Below are positions 52,522 to 64,000 of a stretch of 64,000 bases of DNA, piece by piece. The notes beneath the pieces were generated by a model that made no database searches, was not told the origin of the DNA, and saw nothing but the letters and a program-made list of their open reading frames with translations. The stretch is from Eledone cirrhosa. Taxonomy: Eukaryota. The DNA lies in contig OZ024746.1 in NCBI GenBank assembly GCA_964016885.1, positions 64,914,001 through 64,978,000 on the forward strand, written 5' to 3'. Both the position numbers and the translations under genes were made by a program. Every line of letters begins with the position of its first letter. Within the stretch, counting starts at the first letter, position 1.

Positions 52522-52690
<169 letters not shown>

Positions 52691-52697
52691 CATATAT

Positions 52698-52800
52698 GTA
52701 GGAGGTGAGTTTTATTGTAGTACAATAAAGCAATGCAGATATCGGATAAGAAGCACTCTACAGTTTGTGGGACTGGAGTATGCATAATATAAGATCAAAA
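52698..52800 (-). mobile_element. Inverted 3'-terminal piece of PLE-4
   Basis: Reverse complement of 52784-52800 equals TTTTGATCTTATATTAT at 55521-55537, the point where the + arm ends. Confidence 0.7.
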
Positions 52801-52814
52801 TTGGTATCTTCATT

Positions 52815-54194
52815 TTGAACTCTTTGAGTCGGAAAATTCCTCAACTTCGCGGTGGAATTTATCGTGACGATGGACTCTTTACTATCCTAAATTGCAATAT
52901 AGTTAAACTTAATATTATTAAGAACAATATACGTAATCTCTTTAACCAACATAACCTAAAAATTGAATTTGATAATAGTACCAAACTAGCTAATTTCTTG
53001 GATGTATCTCTTAATCTTGACACTGGCCTATATTACCCTTACCATAAAAACAATGAGAATCTTAATTATGTTAACTTTAAATCTAACCATCCTACCAATA
53101 TCAAGAATGCTATAGTTAATAATATTGGAAATAGAATATCTAACATATCTTCTAATAAAAACATCTTTGATGCTAACGCCAATTACTATAATAACGCACT
53201 TTCTAAAGCTGGCTATCCAGATAAAATCAAATATAATAAAGAAACAAATTCTAGGAAAACTTACAGTAGAATATTTAATCATAACCATTCCAATAATTTT
53301 AATAAAAGACCTAGATACAAAAACATAATCTGGTATAATGCTCCTTTCTCCATCTCTATTAATAACAATATTCCTAAATTATTTTTTAGTGCCTTAAATA
53401 AATGCTTCCCTCCCTCACATATCTATAGTAAAATATTTAACAAACACACCATTAAATTTTCGTATTCTACATCCTCCAATATTTCCAACATCATTTCTAA
53501 ACACAACAACAAAATATTAAATACTAAATCTCTTCCTTCCAATATTGAATCTCATAATAACAATAATAGTACTCCTGACGTCATTGTAAACCCTAGGCTA
53601 ACTTCTGTAAACCCAAATGCAACGTCAAACACAACTTCGCTAAATGTTCATAATCCAACTCTAAATCAAGAAACTATTATTCCTATTATTCCTATCGCAA
53701 ACAACTTCTCCAATCCAATTCCTTCTATAGATAACACTAGATCACTCATTAATAATCTCTCTAATTGCAACTGCCGCATTAAAAATAAATGTCCTCTCAA
53801 CAACCATTGCCTCGATAAAAACTTAATTTATGAATGTAAAATTATAACTAGCACCAACTCCTTCACCTATTTTGGCTCCACTTCCACCTCTTTTAAAGCT
53901 CGTCTCTATAATCATCATTCATCTTTCAAATACAAACTTAAAAGAACTAACACTGCTCTCTCAGAACTCATATGGTCCTTAAAAGACAAAAACATTAAAT
54001 ATAACATCTTTTGGAAAAAGATTTCTTCTGCATCCTCGTACTTGAACAGTTCTCTATCTAAAATCTGTAATCTCTGCCTAAATGAAAAATTTACCATTAT
54101 CTCTAACCTAGAATCCATAATAAATAGACGCTCGGATTTGTTTTCCATCTGCCTTCATAAATTCCATAGAACTTTTCACAAAGTATACAGTTAA
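52815..54194 (+). CDS. PLE-4 partial RT + GIY-YIG endonuclease
   Basis: 459-aa open frame with the motifs above. Confidence 0.85.
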   Translation: MNSLSRKIPQLRGGIYRDDGLFTILNCNIVKLNIIKNNIRNLFNQHNLKIEFDNSTKLANFLDVSLNLDTGLYYPYHKNNENLNYVNFKSNHPTNIKNAIVNNIGNRISNISSNKNIFDANANYYNNALSKAGYPDKIKYNKETNSRKTYSRIFNHNHSNNFNKRPRYKNIIWYNAPFSISINNNIPKLFFSALNKCFPPSHIYSKIFNKHTIKFSYSTSSNISNIISKHNNKILNTKSLPSNIESHNNNNSTPDVIVNPRLTSVNPNATSNTTSLNVHNPTLNQETIIPIIPIANNFSNPIPSIDNTRSLINNLSNCNCRIKNKCPLNNHCLDKNLIYECKIITSTNSFTYFGSTSTSFKARLYNHHSSFKYKLKRTNTALSELIWSLKDKNIKYNIFWKKISSASSYLNSSLSKICNLCLNEKFTIISNLESIINRRSDLFSICLHKFHRTFHKVYS

Positions 54195-55430
54195 TATTCA
54201 ATTTTTTATCAATTTAGAATCTTTTCTCAAAGGCACATATACATACACCTCTTTAAAATATACCCATCTACCTTACTTTAAAGGGCATTATACACTCTAT
54301 AGTACTCGTTTATTCATTTACCTCATCCTATCTTCTCGTAAAACAATAACATTTGTTTTTGACATTTTGAATATTCATCCGCAATCATTATTATTTTTTT
54401 TCCCTCTATCATAAATCTTTTTAATCTCAATTTCATCCTTAATTTATTATTATATATATTTTTTTTAATATATACTCATATATTCTTTAAAATATACCCA
54501 TCTACCTTACTTTAAAGGGCATTATACACTCTATAATACCCGTTTACTCATCACCCTCATTATATCTCTTCGTAAAACAATAACATTTGTTTTTGACATT
54601 TTGAGTATTCATCCGCAATCATTATTATTTTTTCTCTCTATCATAAATCTTTTTAATCTCAATTTCATCCTTAATTTATTATTATTATTTTTTTCTCCCC
54701 ATCAACGAACTCATTATTAATACATATGAATTCAATATAAAAACTTTAACTTCTCATTATTTTTCTCAAATCCTATACATAAACATTTTCTCTTTGCTAA
54801 TTTTAAGATTCCTACATTTCTCCTTTTGAATATTCACCCACAATTATTATTTTTTTCTCTCTATCTCCATACATAATCTCCCTTCGTTATTTTTTTCTCT
54901 CTATCTCCTTACATAATTTCCCTTCGTTAATTTTCAAATTCCTTTAATTTATACATTATCTTCCAACGGTTCCCAACCTCTCTATATTAAAACATTATAT
55001 CTTTTTCTCAATTATAAAAACTATCTCTTTCTCTCTATCACCCATCTCTCCCTTTCCACCTTCACTCTCATCTCCTCCCCTTTTTTTCATCCTTTCCACC
55101 CCCACCCCTCCCTAAATATAATATATTTTTTCCTCGCACATATCCTCCCTTCGTTAATTTTCAAAATTTTTAATTTATACAGTATCTTCCAACGGTTTTC
55201 AACCCCTCTATATAAAATATATCTCCTCTCTGTTATAAAAACTATCTCTTTCTCTCTATCACCCATCTCTCCCTCTCATCTCCTTCCCTTTTCATCCTTT
55301 TCTCTCCCCCCCTCTCTAAATAAAATATTTTTCCCAATATCACACATCAATCTAAAACCACTTTTCATATGTTGATTTAAAACTGCACTATCAACAAGTG
55401 TTTTTTTAGCCTTCATATCATGTTCTCCTG

Positions 55431-55497
55431 TTTTATCTGATGAAAACACAAATATTATTGTTTGATGATGTTTGTTTTTGAAATGCGCATAATAAAA
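55431..55497 (+). ncRNA. Type I hammerhead ribozyme (PLE-4)
   Basis: TTTTAT-CTGATGA-long stem II (ACAAATATTAT/ATGATGTTTGT)-GAAA-TGCGCA-TA-ATAAAA; palindromic stem III ATGCGCAT. Confidence 0.82.
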
Positions 55498-55574
55498 TAT
55501 ATTGAACTCCTTTAACCATCTTTTGATCTTATATTATATACATATATATATATATATATACATATATATCTACA

Positions 55575-55677
<103 letters not shown>

Positions 55678-55739
55678 ATATATATACATATATATATACA
55701 TATATATATATACATATATATATACATATATATATATAC

Positions 55740-55792
<53 letters not shown>

Positions 55793-55793
55793 C

Positions 55794-55826
<33 letters not shown>

Positions 55827-55827
55827 C

Positions 55828-55932
<105 letters not shown>

Positions 55933-55933
55933 C

Positions 55934-55964
<31 letters not shown>

Positions 55965-56017
55965 CATATATATATATACATATATACATATATATATATA
56001 CATATATATATATATAC

Positions 56018-56071
<54 letters not shown>

Positions 56072-56096
56072 GTATATATATATATATGTATATATG

Positions 56097-56127
<31 letters not shown>

Positions 56128-56152
56128 GTATATATATATGTATATATATATG

Positions 56153-56183
<31 letters not shown>

Positions 56184-56230
56184 GTATATATATATATGTT
56201 TATATATATATGTATGTATATATATATATG

Positions 56231-56261
<31 letters not shown>

Positions 56262-56406
56262 GTATATATGTATATGTGTATATATATGTATATGTATATA
56301 TGTATATGTATATATATGTGTATATATATGTATATGTATATATATGTGTATATATATGTATATGTATATATGTATATATATATATGTGTATATATATGTA
56401 TATGTA

Positions 56407-56730
56407 TACTCTTTTACTCTTTTACTCTTTTACCTGTTTCAGCCATCCGGCTGAGGCCATGCTGGGGCACCGCCCTTGTTGCTACACATTTTATCTCCAG
56501 CCTGTATAGGTTGGCCACTGGTGTAGGAGGGAGTTTGTTGCTGCTGCCCTTAGGTTTCCCTCGTGTCTTGCTGTGGGCTCATCCGGGATCCTGGATAACA
56601 AGGTGTCGAGATGTTTCTTAAAGACATCCACCTCCACGTCATGCAAGTCTCGCAGATGCCTCGGCAGCCTGTTGAAGAGTTGAGGGCCCTTGAATCCCAG
56701 GCTATTGCAATACCTGCTCCTTATTCTAGA
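56407..56730 (-). mobile_element. 3' fragment of another APE-RT LINE with (TAAAAGAG)n tail
   Basis: [29 protein letters not shown] is homologous to the ORF2 C-terminus at 26472; tail GGCGGTGCCCCAGCATGGCC..CTGAAAC..TAAAAGAG recalled as shared with Octopus SINEs. Confidence 0.85.
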
Positions 56731-56872
56731 TGTGTATATATATGTATATGTATATATATGTGTATATATATGTATATGTATATATGTATATATATATATG
56801 TGTATATATATGTATATGTATATATATGTATATATATATATATGTATATATATATATGTATATGTATATATG

Positions 56873-56989
<117 letters not shown>

Positions 56990-57004
56990 GTATATATATA
57001 TATG

Positions 57005-57035
<31 letters not shown>

Positions 57036-57160
57036 GTATATATATATATGTATATATATATATGTATATATGTATATGTATATATATATATGTATATATA
57101 TATATGTATATGTATATATGTATATATATATATGTATATGTATATATATATATGTATATG

Positions 57161-57369
<209 letters not shown>

Positions 57370-57390
57370 ATATGTATATATGTATATATG

Positions 57391-57617
<227 letters not shown>

Positions 57618-57628
57618 GTATATATATG

Positions 57629-57665
<37 letters not shown>

Positions 57666-57780
57666 GTATATATATGTATATATATATATATATGTATATA
57701 TATGTATGTATATATATATATATATGTATATATATGTATGTATATATATATATATATGTATGTATATGTATGTACGTATG

Positions 57781-57811
<31 letters not shown>

Positions 57812-57992
57812 ATATATATATATGTATGTATGTATATATATATATATGTATGTACGTATGTATATATATGTATGTATGTATATATATATATATGTATGTA
57901 CGTATGTATATAGATATATGTATGTATGTATATATATATATATGTATGTATGTATATATATATATATGTATGTATGTATATATATATATGTA

Positions 57993-58587
57993 TTGGTGCT
58001 ACTGGTAACATGTATCCCAGTACAACCTGTCTCATGGTCTGGTCGTTGGCGACTAAACTGGCAACCTCACCAATGTTTCTTGGTGAGGTGTGTGACTTTG
58101 GACATCCTGCAGGACTAAAAACAAAACCTGTCAAAGGGCAAAGGAGCTCTTGAGTGTCAATGGCCATCCAAAATCACTGGGAGAGATGACCCCTTAGCCT
58201 TTGTCAAGGCAGAATTCTAGGAGAAGGAAAACTCTGATATAACACCTGCAACCCTGATGGTATCCAATGATGTTGACTTGTTCTTCTTTTTGGTAAATAT
58301 CATCTTGGTTAAGAGAGTGGGACTGGCTTTGTGCAGTGCCTTTTCTCACTATAAAAGCTTTACGGCACAGGCATTGCTTTATATGTGGAGATCTCTCTGC
58401 ACTTGTCGTCACATGGTACCATGGGCCCAGCACTATGTGCCAATAATTGTCACAAGTATGGTGTTTGTACCAGAGTTTTCAAGTCGGTGGCTGGACTAAA
58501 AAGTCACACTCGTTCAGCGCATCGGTAGGAGTTCTCCTACATGGATATAGAGTAGTGGCCGTACTCGAAAACGAGTTGGCAGCCACC
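57993..58587 (+). mobile_element. NA-600 copy 8
   Basis: Sequence identity with the other copies; same 3' end. Confidence 0.9.
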
Positions 58588-58670
58588 ATATATATGTGTA
58601 TATATATATATATATGTATGTATATATATGTAGGTATGTATATATATATATGTATATATATGTAGGTATG

Positions 58671-58703
<33 letters not shown>

Positions 58704-58858
58704 GTATATATATATATATATATGTATATATATGTATATATATATATGTATGTGTATATATATATATATATGTATATCTATGTATGTATGTATATATATA
58801 TATATGTATATCTATGTATGTATGTATATATATATATATCTATGTATGTATGTATATA

Positions 58859-58891
<33 letters not shown>

Positions 58892-58943
58892 ATATATATA
58901 TCTATGTATATATATATATCTATGTATATATATATATCTATGT

Positions 58944-58997
<54 letters not shown>

Positions 58998-58998
58998 G

Positions 58999-59105
<107 letters not shown>

Positions 59106-59121
59106 GTATATATATATATGT

Positions 59122-59169
<48 letters not shown>

Positions 59170-59194
59170 GTGTATGTATGTGTATGTATGTATG

Positions 59195-59225
<31 letters not shown>

Positions 59226-59231
59226 GTATAT

Positions 59232-62200
59232 AAATTGGAATAAATGCTCTGAAATAGCGATATATATGTGAATATAGACATAGAATATTCGAAAATATTC
59301 TGTATGTTTATAATAAACATTTTGAAGACCTAATCGCTATAGAATAGAATACGTCACGTATTACAATTAGATTCTCGATAAAAGCAAGGGAAGTAATCTA
59401 CGCGTTTCATTCTTATTAGAAATCTTCAGGACTACATATCCAGTGCTTTTATCGAGAATGACACAGCTAGAGACTTATAGAATACTTAGCTGTGTACAGG
59501 AACTGGTTTGAAAGAGCGGTTGCCGGTCCGGCAGAAATTAGAAATTGGAATAAATGCTCTGAAATAGCGATATATATGTGAATATAGACATAGAATATTC
59601 GAAAATATTCTGTATGTTTATAATAAACATTTTGAAGACCTAATCGCTATAGAATAGAATACGTCACGTATTACAATTAGTTTCTCGATAAAAGCAAGGG
59701 AAGTAATCTATGCGTTTCATTCTTATTAGAAATCTTCAGGACTACATATCCAGTGCTTTTATCGAGAATGACACAGCTAGAGACTTATAGAATACTTAGC
59801 TGTGTACAGGAACTGGTTTGAAAGAGCGGTTGCCGGTCCGGCAGAAATTAGAAATTGGAATAAATGCTCTGAAATACCGATATATATGTGAATATAGACA
59901 TAGAATATTCGAAAATATTCTGTATGTTTATAATAAACATTTTGAAGACCTAATCGCTATAGAATAGAATACGTCACGTATTACAATTAGATTCTCGATA
60001 AAAGCAAGGGAAGTAATCTACGCGTTTCATTCTCATTAGAAATCTTCAGGACTACATATCCAGTGCTTTTATCGAGAATGACACAGCTAGAGACTTATAG
60101 AATACTTAGCTGTGTACAGGAACTGGTTTGAAAGAGCGGTTGCCGGTCCGGCAGAAATTAGAAATTGGAATAAATGCTCTGAAATAGCGATATATATGTG
60201 AATATAGACATAGAATATTCGAAAATATTCTGTATGTTTATAATAAACATTTTGAAGACCTAATCGCTATAGAATAGAATACGTCACGTATTACAATTAG
60301 ATTCTCGATAAAAGCAAGGGAAGTAATCTACGCGTTTCATTCTTCTAGGAAATCTTCAGGACTACATATCCAGTGCTTTTATCGAGAATGACACAGCTAG
60401 AGACTTATAGAATACTTAGCTGTGTACAGGAACTGGTTTGAAAGAGCGGTTGCCGGTCCGGCAAAAATTAGAAATTGGAATAAATGCTCTGAAATAGCGA
60501 TATATATGTGAATATAGACATAGAATATTCGAAAATATTCTGTATGTTTATAATAAACATTTTGAAGACCTAATCGCTATAGAATAGAATACGTCACGTA
60601 TTACAATTAGATTCTCGATAAAAGCAAGGGAAGTAACCTACGCGTTTCATTCTTATTAGAAATCTTCAGGATTACATATCCAGTGCTTTTATCGAGAATG
60701 ACACAGCTAGAGACTTATAGAATACTTAGCTGTGTACAGGAACTGGTTTGAAAGAGCGGTTGCCGGTCCGGCAGAAATTAGAAATTGGAATAAATGCTCT
60801 GAAATAGCGATATATATGTGAATATAGACATAGAATATTCGAAAATATTCTGTATGTTTATAATAAACATTTTGAAGACCTAATCGCTATAGAATAGAAT
60901 ACGTCACGTATTACAATTAGATTCTCGATAAAAGCAAGGGAAGTAATCTACGCGTTTCATTCTTATTAGAAATCTTCAGGACTACATATCCAGTGCTTTT
61001 ATCGAGAATGACACAGCTAGAGACTTATAGAATACTTAGCTGTGTACAGGAACTGGTTTGAAAGAGCGGTTGCCGGTCCGGCAGAAATTAGAAATTGGAA
61101 TAAATGCACTGAAATAGCGATATATATGTGAATATAGACATAGAATATTCGAAAATATTCTGTATGTTTATAATAAACATTTTGAAGACCTAATCGCTAT
61201 AGAATAGAATACGTCACGTATTACAATTAGATTCTCGATAAAAGCAAGGGAAGTAATCTACGCGTTTCATTCTTATTAGAAATCTTCAGGACTACATATC
61301 CAGTGCTTTTATCGAGAATGACACAGCTAGAGACTTATAGAATACTTAGCTGTGTACAGGAACTGGTTTGAAAGAGCGGTTGCCGGTCCGGCAGAAATTA
61401 GAAATTGGAATAAATGCTCTGAAATAGCGATATATATGTGAATATAGACATAGAATATTCGAAAGTATTCTGTATGTTTATAATAAACATTTTGAAGACC
61501 TAATCGCTATAGAATAGAATACGTCACGTATTACAATTAGATTCTCGATAAAAGCAAGGGAAGTAATCTACGCGTTTCATTCTTATTAGAAATCTTCAGG
61601 ACTACATATCCAGTGCTTTTATCGAGAATGACACAGCTAGAGACTTATAGAATACTTAGCTGTGTACAGGAACTGGTTTGAAAGAGCGGTTGCCGGTCCG
61701 GCAAAAATTAGAAATTGGAATAAATGCTCTGAAATAGCGATATATATGTGAATATAGACATAGAATATTCGAAAATATTCTGTATGTTTATAATTTCTAA
61801 TTTCTGCCGGACCGGCAACCGCTCTTTCAAACCAGTTCCTGTACACAGCTAAGTATTCTATAAGTCTCTAGCTGTGTCATTCTCGATAAAAGCACTGGAT
61901 ATGTAGTCCTGAAGATTTCTAATAAGAATGAAACGCGTAGATTACTTCCCTTGCTTTTATCGAGAATCTAATTGTAATACGTGACGTATTCTATTCTATA
62001 GCGATTAGGTCTTCAAAATGTTTATTATAAACATACAGAATATTTTCGAATATTCTATGTCTATATTCACATATATATCGCTATTTCAGAGCATTTATTC
62101 CAATTTCTAATTTCTGCCGGACCGGCAACCGCTCTTTCAAACCAGTTCCTGTACACAGCTAAGTATTCTATAAGTCTCTAGCTGTGTCATTCTCGATAAA

Positions 62201-62386
62201 AGCACTGGATATGTAGTCCTGAAGATTTCTAATAAGAATGAAACGCGTAGATTACTTCCCTTGCTTTTATCGAGAATCTAATTGTAATACGTGACGTATT
62301 CTATTCTATAGCGATTAGGTCTTCAAAATGTTTATTATAAACATACAGAATATTTTCGAATATTCTATGTCTATATTCACATATAT
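59232..62386. repeat. Retrozyme-like 310-bp tandem array 2 (about 8.3 units RNA-minus, then about 1.9 units RNA-plus; inversion at 61792-61794)
   Basis: Same 310-bp unit with array-specific fixed variants; hammerhead core CTGAAGA. Confidence 0.95.
61903..61945 (+). ncRNA. Hammerhead ribozyme of the array-2 unit (representative copy)
   Basis: GTAGTC-CTGAAGA-tTTCT aata AGAAt-GAAA-CGCG-TA-GATTAC. Confidence 0.87.
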
Positions 62387-62545
62387 GTATATATATATAT
62401 GTATATATATATATGTATATATGTATATATATATATGTATATATGTATGTATATATGTATATATATATATATGTATATATATATATGTATATATATATAT
62501 GTATATATATATATGTATATATATATATATGTATATATATATATG

Positions 62546-62578
<33 letters not shown>

Positions 62579-62653
62579 GTATATATATGTATATATATAT
62601 ATATGTATATTTATATATATGTAAATATATATATATGTATATATATTTACATG

Positions 62654-63350
62654 TTTTAGGTGTGTATTAAAATAGGTTCTTACAAATTGCTGGGTTTGTG
62701 TCACATGTAAAACAGAATTCGTCAACTTTTCGTCGTACTGATTAGTTTGGGAGTAAAATGGATGTATTCGTCTGGATGAGTTTTCTACGCAATTTCTAAC
62801 CCTCTCTGTTGCTATACACAATTATAATTTCATTCTTCTATTCTTGGAGACTTTGGGATTAAATAAGAATTTACGCAATTAATTAATTAATAATTTAACC
62901 TATTATCAAACAGCTGTAAGTATTTAAACATTGAAACTTTCTGATTTGATTAGTTGCAGAATTCAACCCCCGTATGCCACGCAAATGTAGTTATGATGGA
63001 CTGTATTACTGCGATAAACATCACCTGGATGATATTTTCTATATTCCGGCAGAAATGGTTTTTAATTGGAAGTTCGATATGTTTAAAGGTAAGAATGGAT
63101 TTAATTGTTTGATTGGTTGATTGACTTTCTGTTTTTTTTAAAAATATGTATTCAAAGAAGGGTAGTGGATTGGCATAGAGTTATGGCCTTTTACATTATG
63201 ACTTCAATCACGCCGAGGTTGGCTTTGCCTTTCATCCTTACGGGATCGAAAAAATAAACTAATCAGTACAACGAAATGTTAACGGATTCTGTTTTACATG
63301 TGACACAAACCCAGCAATTTGTAAGAACCTATTTTAATACACACCTAAAA
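62654..63350. repeat. ~95-bp inverted repeat pair (62654-62748 / 63256-63350), possible MITE or foldback
   Basis: Arms are reverse complements with about 4 mismatches. Confidence 0.75.
63170..63257 (+). mobile_element. Degenerate SINE remnant (Nin-DC/Deu-like core)
   Basis: GCCGAGGTTGGCTTTGCCTTTCATCCTTACGGGATCGA resembles the recalled core CTTTGCCTTTCATCCTTTCGGGGTCGAT. Confidence 0.6.
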
Positions 63351-64000
63351 TGTATCCATTCAATTTAATCGACCCCCTCCCCAAATATAGTTACCGTCGT
63401 ACACAATAAAACAAATTGTGTTCAAATGAGTCAATACTTTCATCCTTGTTTCAACAATGGTTACTGACGCATATTTATTTATTTATGTAGTGTCGCGCCC
63501 AAATTATGAGTTTCTACGGTCATGGTTCGATCAGCCTGTCATTGATCTGAGTACGCTATGTGCACGGCTTCATTATTATGTGACACCTTTGAATAACGTG
63601 CGGGTAAATATGTTTTGCTTTTATAACTTTTTAAATGTCATTTCTTTGTATTTTAAGCTTTTTATGAAAGTTCTTTTTTGTGTGTGATTTTCATGTGCAT
63701 ATTATCACAGCTTTATCTACTAATAGTGACATTTTATCGTCGTAGTTTCTCAGAGATTTTATATTTTATCACAGCTGTACGCACTCGGCGTATTTCACTA
63801 CTCTTATTTCTGTTTCGTTAATACTATTTTAACACAGTTATAAATTCTGACTTTCACGCTTGAGTTACCTGTAACTCTGTCAACGTGGCCAGTCTCCATT
63901 CACAACATCTCTGCCCTCCTTACTCATACACATGCACCAACGAACCACATTCCTTCCTTCTCACATTCTAATATTCTACTCCACCAACCCACCCACTACA

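Larger units (their letters stand above)
52801..55537 (+). mobile_element. Penelope-like element PLE-4 (probably Hydra clade), 5'-truncated
   Basis: YRDDGL, NFLDV, CxCx5C linker, LIY..YFGST, KxRxxxH, CxLC; long pyrimidine-rich 3' UTR with hammerhead. Confidence 0.88.

Noticed and set aside
63457-63687. 76-aa ORF in the right flank
   Set aside because: Short, AT-rich, no motif or splice evidence

Overview
Eukaryotic, gene-free window, probably cephalopod/Octopus (inferred from recalled SINE/LINE tail motifs, not from a database search). From 1 to about 62,650 it is a chain of more than 25 retroelement pieces, each embedded in 0.05-8 kb irregular (TA)nTG/TATG microsatellite tracts. The pieces include four different Penelope-like elements (PLEs), three carrying clear hammerhead ribozymes, and two arrays of a 310-bp hammerhead-containing tandem repeat (retrozyme-like). 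There are also an intact RTE-type LINE with a PHD finger and ~505-bp tandem 5' monomers, three young copies of an APE-RT LINE, other LINE fragments, and eight co-oriented copies of a ~600-bp non-autonomous RTE-like element. The most striking unexplained structure is architectural. Insertions repeatedly occur as head-to-head fusions with both 3' ends anchored in TA tracts, sometimes joining two different RNAs, and the TA tracts have a strand polarity that follows the orientation of the arm with the complete 3' end. The long Y/I/M/C-rich ORFs are microsatellite artefacts. The last ~1.3 kb is ordinary AT-rich DNA with an old SINE remnant.
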